DNA from: Trichosphaerium sp. ATCC 40318
Lineage: Eukaryota; Protista; Tubulinea
Direction: 5' to 3'
Assembly (NCBI GenBank): GCA_038496445.1
Contig: JALMLS010000381.1
Location: 1 to 64,000 of the forward strand
DNA: 64,000 nucleotides
Positions 1 through 11,125 of this stretch are shown piece by piece. Under the pieces are notes generated by a model. It saw only the letters and a program-made list of their open reading frames with translations, was not told the DNA's origin and ran no database searches. A program made the position numbers and the translations under genes. Position 1 is the stretch's first letter. Each line of letters starts with the position of its first letter.

Positions 1-1209
1 GTAGCATAACATATTCATTAACAGTAAAAACCCTGTTTCACTAAGCCTGTCCTTGGCAATTTTAAAGTGTATGTTATTATTACGGCTGATTTTAGTGATG
101 TTATGCAACTTAATTGACTATGAGGCCATTTTACTTTGTTATTGATTGCTTACTTTGTTTAAAACAAGTTAGTTAGAATAATGCTACATTGAAAAAAAGG
201 TGCATCTTCATTTGAAGTGTACTAATCATACACTAAGCGCATGGTTTCTCGGAATTATGCTATCCCAGGCTTCTGTATTTTTTGTTTATCCAACTTCAAT
301 GACGCAAGTCATTGTTTGTTTAAAAGTCATTTAAAGTCGAGTCGCTAAACAAACACCACTAGCTGATTTTCGAATTGAATCTAAGTGTTCTCGTTAGTGG
401 CAATATTGTTTAGTTGAACAAAACCTCAAAACCCCACATTCACGTAGTCTGTGCGTATATGATTTAGCAATACAAATGTAGCTTGAGTGTAATGAAGTTG
501 CCAAAAATAGAAAAAAACACATAATTACGTTTGGAAAAAACCGAGAAAATAACTTGCACGCTTTGAGCTGTATTTGTTCAACAAAGTCTCAATAACAACC
601 CCATGTTCAACTAAATATGGCGTACTTTGTACATTAGGCAGTTTGGAAATCCAGGCCACAATTTCTCGTTAGGCGTTCCAAGTAGCTTGAACATCTGAAA
701 AGAAAAAAATTAGAAAATAATAAAAACAAACACGAAGCTGTACTAGGACAAGCTGTTCGATTTCACTATAGCCCCATAAAAGAGGTTCTCCAATAAGTAG
801 TTCTACAAAACACATCTACAATATGTGGATGTTTACATTTGAGAAGTATATCCACTTCACGAAGACTGTGAGTGGAAATCCTTCTTTTTCTTTTTGCATT
901 TTTACTTTCTTTAATGCAACGATTTCGCCTGTTTGTTTATCCTTTGCTTTATCTGTTACTGCTTTAGCTTTGTAAGGGCATGTAAATCGTTTTTCGTACA
1001 TACAACACCGAATGTGCCTTCTTCTATTTTATTCTTTAGAGAATGCGTCAACAGATCTACATCCTCGTAATATCGCGTTGGCAGGTACTTTTGGCTGTCT
1101 ATAAACTAAAACTGCCTTTTCTTCTATTGGCGCTTCAGTTAGTTCATCTACCTTCTGTTTCTTTGACGTGTGGTCTGTTTTGTCTAACATCTTGTTATAT
1201 TATCAAACT
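1..1209 (-). pseudogene. Truncated, internally deleted copy of the neighbouring CDK11-like kinase
   Basis: 1-95 matches 3034-3125 and 595-1209 matches 3355-4623. About 640 bp (3584-4226 of the intact gene, including HRD and DFG) is missing at the junction near 816-820. It also carries small frameshifts ([10 protein letters not shown]) and lacks exon 1. It runs off the window start. Confidence 0.9.
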
Positions 1210-1397
1210 TGAGGCTTCTGACTTACGTTTATCAGTTCTGCTGAAAAACAGCTACTATTATGACTAAGGAGTACAGCAGAACCATCTTGGTGCTTTTTTA
1301 TTGATCACGTGTTAGTATGGTTGTGATGTTGTCATAAAAAACTCCTTTTTCTTTTGGTCGAAACTATGATTGACAACTAGATGCGTGAATGCTGTCT

Positions 1398-1445
1398 AAT
1401 TTTTTCGAACTGTTTTTTCGAACTTGTTCGAAACTTTTCGGACAC
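1398..1445. repeat. Phased TTCGAA/TTCGGA array upstream of Rho copy 1
   Basis: ttcgaa at ~1404, 1417 and 1427 and ttcgga at ~1437, separated by T-rich spacers. Confidence 0.75.
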
Positions 1446-1649
1446 CTTTGTACAAACAGTTTATTCGTTTAAAATTATTAAAGTGCTCCTGACAGCGTAT
1501 GTTAACTCATCACATGTTGTCATTTTGTGTACTGAGATTTTTGGTGTTTCACTTAATCTAATTCCAAGTCAGTTTCGCGAAAAAGGAGCATTAAGATAAA
1601 AAGCAATACAAAAAAGAAATCAAAGTAAACAAACACCAACAAGAATAAC

Positions 1650-2403
1650 ATGGCAGCAACAAAAATTAAAGTGGTTGTAGTAGGAGACAAAGCTGTAGGA
1701 AAAAGGTAAGATCCAAAGTACTAGCGATAAGCACTTTCCTCACTTTCTTGTAGGGCTTTGCTATTTACATACGCAAAAGGAAAGTTCCCTGAAGACATAC
1801 CGATAGTATTGTAAGTGCTTCACTTTTACTCATCCTTTTGACCACGTGTTATGAAGCAATTACTTATATTTACTTTAGTGATAATTATAAATGTAGTTTA
1901 AACACATCAACTGGAAAGAAAGTCAACTTGACACTCTGGGATACAGCAGGGTACGCAAAAGTCTTTTTGAATTCTGCACAATAAAAAACCTGTTTCAATG
2001 ATTGTTGAGCTAACCAGTGTTTTTTAGGCAAGAAAAATATGATAAACTAAGACCACTTTCATATGCCGATGCTGGGATTTTCCTAGTTTGTTATTCATGT
2101 GATAATAAGAAGTCATTATCAAATGTTAAAACAAAATGGATTCCAGAAATTACACATCATGCTCCTGATGTTCCTTTTATCTTAGTAGGAACAAAGTCAG
2201 ACTTGAAACACATTACACCTGATGGAGTATCTACACAAGAAGCTCAATCAGTTGCTAAAAAGCTGGGCGCAGTAACACACATGGAATGTTCAGCAAAAAC
2301 TGACTTTAACAGTGTGGAAGATATTTTTACTAGCATAGCACAAAGCGTTTTACATTCAAAGAAAAAAAAGAACAAGAAACACAAAAAGTGCCGTATCTTG
2401 TAA
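1650..2403 (+). CDS. Atypical Rho/Rac-family small GTPase (4 exons), CaaX CRIL
   Basis: Spliced: MAATKIKVVVVGDKAVGKRALLFTY...PIVFDNY...LWDTAGQEKYDKLRPLSY...GTKSD...ECSAK, then a polybasic tail and CRIL. Three GT-AG introns. Confidence 0.95.
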
Positions 2404-2838
2404 ATAACTCAAAAATAAAAAACTATGTACATAATTTGCGTGAGGGTTTCTGACTAGGCCGCTCGTTTTTACTCACCAATGAGAAGGATGGCGGACAAAG
2501 AATTAATTCCAATCCATAAAAACCATCTTGTTTATAATGAGTCTTGTTGATGACCACCCCTATTCCATATAACTACGAAATTCCATTCAAAGCGTTTAAT
2601 GTCATCTTCATGAAACACACTGGTACAAGACAGACTGAAGCTGGGTATCAGATTAATATCATAGAAAAAAGGTGTTGCTTGCTTTTATGTTCTGCTTTCT
2701 GGTATACGTTTAGGTTAATGTTGACTCTGTAAGAGCCTATTGTAGCTGATGCAGTTTGTAATCACATGTACACATATTAATCCTTGTGAACACATCAAGA
2801 ATATTAGCAATGTAGAAAGTACTGATTTACTTCTTATT

Positions 2839-4712
2839 TTACATACGTAGTACAAAGCTACTTGATGCTTTATCTTTTGAAGGGAACACAGCTTGGTTTA
2901 ATTCATTACGTTTTTCTGATCTATCATCTTTTTGTGGCCATGTTTGCATAAACTCAGGGTCTGTTGGTAAAGGAGACTCTTCAAAGTAAGCATGTCTTAC
3001 AGCGTCTTTTGCTTTTATTCTTTTTTCAGGATTGTAGCACAACATATTCATTAACAGTAAAAATCCTGTTTCACTAAGCCTGTCCTTGGCTATTTTAGAG
3101 CGTATGTTATTATACGGCTGATTTTCGAATTTTATCTGAGTGGTAGTTAGTATGCAAGTTGTTACTTAGTAAAAAAAAACCCGTAAAAAGTAGGTTCATA
3201 AGTATGGTTTAGAGCAAGGCTAGTAGATTGACGTATCTTTTTCTCACTAAAAAATGATAGAAAACACGTGATTTGTGAGTTGGAAAAAAACGAGATTAAC
3301 ACCAAAAAATTGAGAATTTGAACGAGTGAAGTAAAATCCTTCAACCAATTGACAATAAAAACCCTGTTTGACTTAATATGACGTACTTTTTGTACATTAG
3401 GCAGTTTGGAAAATCCAGGCCACAATTTCTCGTTAGGCGTTCCAAGTAGCTTGAACATCTGAAAAAACTTAGAAGATAATTAAAAAACAAACACGAAGCC
3501 GTACTAGGACAAGCTGTTCGATTTCACTATGGCCGCTTATAAGAGGTTCTCCAATAAGTAGTTCTGCAAAAACACATCCTACAGACCACATATCTATTGC
3601 TGTTGAATATATGCGTTGTCCAAGCAACAGTTCAGGGCAACGGTACCTTAGTATGGGTTAGAAAGAACGTCACATCAAGCTATCTTTTTAAGTACCATAA
3701 GGTAACAACTGGTTGTGACATCGCTTCTAAAGGATCACTATAGGCTCTTGCAAGGCCAAAATCACATATTTTAATTACACCCTCGTTATTTAGAAGAAGA
3801 TCTAGTGTTAAGGAATAAAAAAGAACTTGAAGTTTTAGCGGTAAATGACCATGAAGAAAGAACGGATACTAGCTGTCTTGATATCGCGATGGATCAACCA
3901 ACTTTCATGTAAATATTCAAGTCCTTGTAATAGACCTAGCATGAGTGTTTTAACCTGTGTAAAAGTATCAGTGAGCAAACTTGGTTCAGTGAAAAAATTC
4001 TGATTGCAAACGCTGTGACACTTCTGTGTACCTCTCCAATCTTAAATGGTGATTTCATATGTTCCATTAAACCCTTTAGATCATGGTCCAAAAATTCCAT
4101 AACAATGAATATGCTACAAAAGGGTAAGACGAGCTTGAATTGGAAAATTTTTCATTTTCTTTCTTTTGGCTTATTTATGCTTTACCTGTTGCCATTAGGA
4201 CCTGTGACGATTTCTTTTACGTCTACAATATGTGGATGTTTACATTTGAGAAGTATATCCACTTCACGAAGACTTGTGAGTGGAAATCCTTCTTTTTCTT
4301 TTTGCATTTTTACTTTCTTTAATGCAACGATTTCGCCTGTTTGTTTGTCCTTTGCTTTATCTGTTACTGTTTTAGCTTTGTGAGGGCATGTAAAAATCGT
4401 TTTTCGTACAGACAACACCGAATGTGCCTTCTTCTATTTTATTCTCTTTAGAGAATGCGTCAACAGATCTACATGCTTGTAATACGGCGTTGGCTGGCAC
4501 TTTTGGCTGTCTATAAACTAAAACTGCCTTTTCTTCTATTGGCGCTTCAGTTAGTTCATCTACCTTCTGTTTCTTTGACGTGTGGTCTGTTTTGTCTAAC
4601 ATCTTGTTATATTTTCTCAAACTAAACCGAAATAACGTGGATGATTAGAATACGTGCTTTCATCGTTTCTAGGACGCTTTTCACCAACAATCTCTGCATT
4701 TTGCTCTGACAT
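2839..4712 (-). CDS. CDK11: CDK11/CDK10-family (PITSLRE-like) cyclin-dependent kinase, multi-exon
   Basis: [58 protein letters not shown] and [14 protein letters not shown] joined by short introns. Confidence 0.92.
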
Positions 4713-5019
4713 GTGGTATGACACGGAGACAGTGGCAACAAAACAGTATTCACAATGTCAAGGGAGTGTACCAGGTAGTTTTCGGTGGATAAGCCGCTTC
4801 TAAGAGGTTACTAAGATGACAACTTTAAGTTGCATAGAAATGGTAAAACAGGATTGACAGAAATGACAAGGTATTTCATTTTTAACCAGCTTTGATCGAG
4901 ATGATCATGTTCTGCTTTTAGGACGAACACAACAGAGATATAAAAGATGAAAAATAAAGTTATAAGTGCAAAATCTGTTCCTTAAGCTCCATAATTATCG
5001 CACCCACGAGTGACACAAA

Positions 5020-5888
5020 ATGCGTATTCTTTTGATATGTACCATCCTCATAGTACTTAGTATTACTACGAAAGGGCAAATTGATTTTAGTGTACGTAAA
5101 GGCTGTAGTCGTTGCTCTTTTCGTCTTATTGTGCTTTAGATATATGAAGGAGCCTTTTGTGACGGCATACCGTTTAAAAATTTTACACGTGATTATAACA
5201 CTTGTTATGGCGCTAAAAACACTATACCTGCTCTAAACCAAGACATACAATACGTTAACTGCGAGAGCGATAAACAGTCTTCAACTGTTAGCCTTAAAAC
5301 CATAGAAATGCTATTGACGGGTACTTTAGTTGATATACAGGACATACAAGGACAATGCAACAAAGTGTCAAGAGTTTTTCGAAGAAGATACAATCTCTAC
5401 AAACTTTTGTATTTCAGCTGGTCCTTTTGCGTACAAAATAACTTGTAAGCCTAACCCTGTACGTATATTTCAGTTCACTTCCAAAAAGGAAAGATCTTTA
5501 CACGTGTAAAGCGTAAGATAAACTTCTATTTATCTTTTTTTTTTAATTCAAGTCGCCTCCAGCTCCGTTGAAGATATCATCGTTGGGTTACTTAAACTCT
5601 GACTGTTCTGGTAACCCTGCTTATATTGCAAATTTTACTAGTGGTAAATGCTCTACGGATAAAAAAGGAACGGCGTTTAGTGTAACGTGCTATGGTGTAC
5701 GTTTTAACAAAATCTTTTTTTTTCTTAGTTTCTGCTCACTCCGAATTAAGGGCTCTCTTCAACAAACCCAGTTCTTTGATGCCGAATGTAAACAACCAAT
5801 TGGAGGTGGCGGTTTTATGAATAGACAAAAATGTAGTACAACACCTGGGATTGGTTTATCTAATAGCGTTGTTTGTACAGAAAAATAA
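5020..5888 (+). CDS. Small secreted Cys-rich protein of unknown function
   Basis: Signal peptide MRILLICTILIVLSITTKG followed by repeated Y/F-x3-C-x-G units (YEGAFCDG, YLNSDCSG, FFDAECKQ). Internal splice sites are partly uncertain. Confidence 0.65.
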
Positions 5889-6047
5889 ATGGCTCACACA
5901 AAACACTTGGTAGTTTGTTTCAAATACCATGAATTGTAACACAAGCGAAATTAAACAGTATTGAAGTACACAACTTTGTTGCAGTCACGTGTTGAACTTA
6001 AAATTGAAAAGTAAGGCAAGTTAGAAAGAACTTTCTGTGGTACGTTG

Positions 6048-6303
6048 GGGGCCATAGTTTTATCGAATTTTCCGAAAACAAAAATTCGAAAAAATAGAAT
6101 TCGTAGAAAGATGCATAGCTAGGGCAGTCCACTTAACTAGAAAGCGCCTGGTTCACTTACGGTCGGGTCCTCGCTGTGCTCGGAACTAGAACCCGACCTT
6201 CGCTCACATATAGTGATCCATTGGTGGGTATAGGCATTCGGTTTTTGTATCGAATTCTATTTTTTCGAATTTTTTCTTTCGAAAAATTCGGAAAAAACGT
6301 GGG
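6048..6303. mobile_element. MITE-like fold-back element with imperfect ~60-bp terminal inverted TTCGAA-array repeats and a GC-rich internal hairpin
   Basis: 6052-6115 is the imperfect reverse complement of 6234-6303. Internal stem ggtcgggt (6161-6168) pairs with acccgacc (6191-6198). Confidence 0.55.
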
Positions 6304-6625
6304 ACCGGAACGTTGCATGATACACATCTATAAACTTCTGCAAAAGTCTATTCACATTTGGAACTGATGGGGCTTTACACGACGCCTGTTTGTAACTGAA
6401 TATTTTGTAAATGCTTTGTGCGCATTACACTAGTACAGGTAAGTTCAGGCAAAGCACAACCCTGAATGGGACTGAAATCACAATTTAGGCATTCTATTCT
6501 TTTCTCTTTACGCCTACGTACAGCGTTTAACTATTACTATTAAGTTCAATCACTTACAAAACTCCGGTTACACAATCTGATTATTGTTTTTACAAACAAT
6601 AGTAATACACCACTTCACTGCCACA

Positions 6626-7935
6626 ATGAGCTTGGTATTATTCCAATTATATATAATTGTGACTGCATGGCTTGTTTCTGGTTCGTTTAGGAATACAGCA
6701 ATGAAATTAACAACCAAACCGCAGACCACCAATTATACGCCCAACCGGTGTTACCTCAATCTCGTGGCTGTAAGTGTCAATGTGAGGCGTGTAATGGATG
6801 TATGTTTGAAGATTCGACCGCTTGCCCGCGTCAAAATGGCGGTGGAGACAGTACGAACTTATTTCTGTAATAACACGTGTTTTGGTTAATGTTTTCCAAA
6901 AGTTGACCTTGGATCACTTGGCGTAGATTGTGTCGTTGTTGACGCAAGTGCTGGTACAATTGTAGGAACGGATGGTGCTGATTGTATAATGATTACTGGA
7001 AGCTCTACAATTATATCTGGTGAAGTTACAGGAGAAAGAGGAAACGACTGTATCATAGTACAAGATAAAGCAACTGTGATGAATTTACGTGGAAGTATGT
7101 CCAGTTTTGTAGCTATTTATAGCTGACACATGCTTACCAATCTATCAGACCAAGATGATGACTGTATAAGAGTTATTGATTCAACAACTTCTAGGGTAAT
7201 CGGTAGCAATGGAGTGGACGATATTATCTTCGAAGGAGTAAGAACAGATTCAACTGGCTCGTATGACTATGTACGCACATCACATTCTAACATTATCACA
7301 GGTTTGCGGACATAGAGGGTAGAGCAGGAGACGATTGTATACGAGTCTTACCCTACAATGGAGTACCTTCGATTCTTAGAGACATACAGGGAGACACAGA
7401 AAATGATTGCATTGAAGTACAAAATAGCGTAATGGAACGAATAAGAGGTAATAATAGAATCGGCTCTTGAATAATGACCAAAATTATAGCTGGCGATGGC
7501 GATGACATAATAGATGCAAGGTGTTCATCAATATTCTCTGCTGAAGGTAGAGGTGGAGATGACGTAATTATCTTATCTTCAATAACAGTTCGCACGTGAC
7601 AATTCCTCAATTAAATCTTATTTTGATCATAGCTGTGTCAGCATCAGAAGTTCGAATTGTACGCGGTGGTAATGATCGGGATTTGATTATAATAGAAGAT
7701 GAGATTCAGAACTCAAGAGTTGATGGGCGTATAGATGGAGGAAACGACGAAGATGTGTATGTAGACTATCTTTTAGTTAAACTAACACTATTTAAGGTGC
7801 TGTTTGGCAGATCAAATGGGTACTGAAATAAGAGACTGTGAGATTCCCACGACATGTGTATCACCTTGTCCAATGATGCGAACGCCTTCAATGTGCAATA
7901 GACGGCTTAGTACTTGTATTGCATTGACAACCTAA
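6626..7935 (+). CDS. Secreted RTX-like (hemolysin-type Ca-binding) beta-roll repeat protein, ~8 exons
   Basis: Signal peptide, Cys-rich cap, then about ten G-x-x-G/D-x-D-x-I repeats (IVGTDGADCI, VTGERGNDCI, VIGSNGVDDI, IEGRAGDDCI, RAGDGDDII, AEGRGGDDVI, VRGGNDRDLI, IDGGNDEDVC) and a Cys-rich C-terminus. Confidence 0.8.
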
Positions 7936-8129
7936 GTGCAAATACTAAAACAAAAAATACAGTTCATTCTCTATGGGCGAATGTAATCATATCACGCACA
8001 GTGTAGTGTGCACACTTGAATTTATATACAGTCTTTTTCCTTACTACAGGGATTAATATAATTATATCACTAACAGAGCAATGGTTGTTGCTTTAAGTAA
8101 GACAAATTCATATATTTTACGGTGAGATT

Positions 8130-8212
8130 TTGGTGGGTATAGGCATTCGGTTTTTGTATCGAATTCTATTTTTTCGAATTTTTTCTTTCGAAAAATTCGG
8201 AAAAAACGTGGG
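8130..8212 (+). repeat. 83-bp exact direct repeat of 6221-6303
   Basis: ttggtgggtataggcattcgg...gaaaaaacgtggg is identical at both positions. Confidence 0.95.
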
Positions 8213-8363
8213 TCTGTCAAATCGCAGTTTTAATGTTTGACAGCTTTTGACCAACAACACCAAGCGCTAGAAGTTATATTCGGCGTGAATGGAACAGTTA
8301 CCGCCTGAAATATTGCTTTACATCGTCGAATACGTTAATAGTCCATCGTATTTAGCAAATACT

Positions 8364-9477
8364 ATGCAAACATGCTCTTTGCTTGCGTCTGTTGCTAAAT
8401 CATGTCCCTTATACAAAGTACAACATTATGAAGCCAATTTTCGGCTTGTTTATTTAGTTTAGTTTATGACTAGTGACCACAAGGTAACGAGAGTAGCAGG
8501 GAGTGGAGAAGGATACCAAGATGGTAATACTAATGCTTTGTTTAATTATCATCAACTCAATTATTTGTGGGTTAGGAGATGCTATTACAACTGCAAGGTT
8601 TGATTTCATATACGCTCTGGCATTTGATAATAATGGTGACGTATGCCATAAATGTTTTAGGATTGAAGTATTAAGATTATCATCAACTAACTTGTTTCTA
8701 TGTAAGCTCATTATATCTGATAGTGTGAATCAAGTGATACGAAAATTATGTATGAAGACAAATATAGTGAGTACATTTGAAGGCGTTCAGTATAAATTAC
8801 GACATCCTGAGGGCATTGCAGTTGATGAATGGAATAATATTTTTATAGTAGATGGTGCATATGTACAATATTGGGTGAACTCAAACCTTAATTTACGTAA
8901 TATTTTTAGCGGATAGTATACTTGGACAGTCAGTCTGGAGAGCTCAAGGAACTTGTAAAATATCCTGGCAAATGGATAAGAAGAATTGCGATTGCTCACG
9001 GGTATGTTCTATACACCTCAAGAAACAGTTACTATGTAGAATCTACCAAACACCCTCGAATGACTCAATCCATATCAGTGAATACACTTGAATTTCCAAG
9101 AGCAAAAGACTATATTTGTTGCATCGCAGTTGATGATAATGAGAATATTTACTTCAGCTGCTACAAGTATATTTATAGAACAGACAACAACTTTGAAACA
9201 AAGATTATCTATGAGATGCCAGCTGAAGCAAGCGAGTTCTTTTCTTATGCAAAAGGTATGACGTGTAATCATAGAATGTATTTTGCTGATATCTTCTGCA
9301 GGGTGTTTATTTTTTGGTAGTACGGCTAACTTGTATTGTTTGTTTGTTGAATCAAAGGATTTGTTAAAGATTAAACTAGATGGAGTTTCCCATATTGATC
9401 ACGTGACATATTACGGAGAATCGTTGTATTTTACTCACGCTGGAACTCGCATAAGCAAGATTGATATGAACATTTAA
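8364..9477 (+). CDS. NHL-repeat beta-propeller protein (possibly with a premature stop)
   Basis: RVAGSGEGYQDG, TARFDFIYALAFDNNG, LIISDSVNQVIRK, LRHPEGIAVDEWNNIFIVDG and CIAVDDNENIYFS. The frame stays open past TAA 9475-9477 to 9621. Confidence 0.75.
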
Positions 9478-10203
9478 AGGTCAATACACATTGCTTTCAA
9501 TAACCTTGATGTCTTCCTTGCAACCCTCCCTCATGTTTGGTCCAGAGACTGGCTACAGCCAGATTATGTAGTTACTCCCACTTTTAAAACAAATTTTGAC
9601 GTTGAAAATAGTTTGTTATGATTAACGCTTGAGTAAATTGTATTACATACTATAAATAACATATATAGAGTATATAAAAATTCATTAATAGTAGCGTACT
9701 CTACAATGACTCTAAAAAATAGTTTAATTTGTGTGACTTAGCTGGTTTTTTTTTTTCACAGGATTTTGTACCCAAATTTTCAATTAGAATTTTTAATGTC
9801 GGAATGTTACTCTAGAGCCATTTTACTACCCAATCAAGTTGTTTAGAGTGAAAATAAGGATTGATTGATTAGTGATTTTTAAGGTAAACATGGTCTTTTC
9901 ATGAACGAAAATGGCAAAAACACAGAAAATAAGTAAATAATTTTTTTTGCCCTTACAACGTAACTTTATACTCTCACGCTCCACCACCTAGTTTAACAGC
10001 ACCTTTTAAAGCCGATAAGCATGTGTGAAATGCTTGCGTAATTTGGCTCTAGGTCAATTGTTTTAAATAAACCTAGACAGTTTTGGAAGGTATTTATTAG
10101 ATAGCAACCATTGGTAGTGTTTGCGGGTTTTTTTTTTGCTCCTTGTGTAGATTGAAATAAATATTATTAAGGAGAACGAATAAATATTTCTATGTTGCTT
10201 CAG

Positions 10204-11125
10204 CTATTCTTCGGTCGTCATGGGTAGGTTATCATATAACCAATCAAATTCTTGCATATATTGTTGTCCTACTTGTAAATGTACATTTTCTTCTGATAGA
10301 GCGGAGCAGTCCACAAAATCAAAATTCTGCTGCTGGAAATCACGATATTGACACTGTCCATCAATACCAAGCTCACGTTCGTCAAGACAGTTTGTCTCTT
10401 CTGTAGCGTGTGGGTATGTAGTGTCCATGGGGGTTGGTTCCAAACGATTCATCTGTGATGTTAAGGCGCTGTAGTCTTGGCCCATGTCATTGAGATTGAA
10501 CGCCAGTTGAGTATTATAGGCTGTTTGTGTGGTATTAGTATCGAGCAATTGTTTATTTTCCTCCACTGACGTATCATTTGCGTTTATTGTAACTGTTTGA
10601 AATCCTAGAGAGTGATAAGAAGTCAAGATTTTCTAGAAATGCTGTAAAACATCTTTTTTTAAGTACCCTTCATTATATGTTGCCTAACTAAGCTGAACGC
10701 ACAAGGATTAAAATGCGACGTCATATCAGGTACTTCAGGATGGAATATAACGAACTGATATATGCATTGGCCACCGTGTAGCACTTTTTTGAACTTCATA
10801 CGCTTACCCTAAAAACAGGTTTAAAAAAAAAAAAATTTGGAGAAAAGCGGCTCACTGATATTGTAGACCGTATACAGAACTTGTATAGGTTTCTGATCAT
10901 AGTATTTTTAGTTGTGTACATCTGTTCGAGTGTTTTATAGCTTTCATCGCTAATGTAGACTATGTATCCCTTGGTATCGAAGTCTGTAAAATGAACCTAT
11001 ACCAGGGTGTTAAAAAATACGTTTTGAAAAGAATCACGTGCGCAACATTCTTTTGAAAGGTGCCTGTAAGGTAATACCATCCTTAAGAAGCGCACTAGTA
11101 TAGTCTCTTTTTTGGTGGCGCTCAT
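10204..11125 (-). CDS. Divergent HSF-like winged-helix putative transcription factor, paralog A (4 exons)
   Basis: MSATKKETILVRFLRMVLPYRHLSKECC|VHFTDFDTKGYIVYISDESYKTLEQMYTTKNTMIRNLYKFCIRSTIS|GKRMKFKKVLHGGQCIYQFVIFHPEVPDM...LVRQHIMK|GFQ, then an acidic Q/T/N-rich tail. Homologous to paralogs B and C with the same intron positions. Confidence 0.75.

Larger units (their letters stand above)
1210..2480. repeat. Segmental duplication; inverted copy at ~42370-43892 (Rho gene plus promoter)
   Basis: Continuous reverse-complement similarity, from tgaggcttctg (1210) / cagaagcctca (43882-43892) through the Rho 3' UTR. Confidence 0.93.

Noticed and set aside
1398-1445. TTCGAA arrays as canonical heat-shock elements or CRISPR repeats
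   Set aside because: The spacing does not match nGAAnnTTCn, there is no repeat-spacer structure, and there are no cas genes in this eukaryotic DNA.
6121-6210. tRNA or snRNA in the GC-rich hairpin
   Set aside because: No cloverleaf, A/B boxes or Sm site could be recognised. It is kept only as part of the repeat element.
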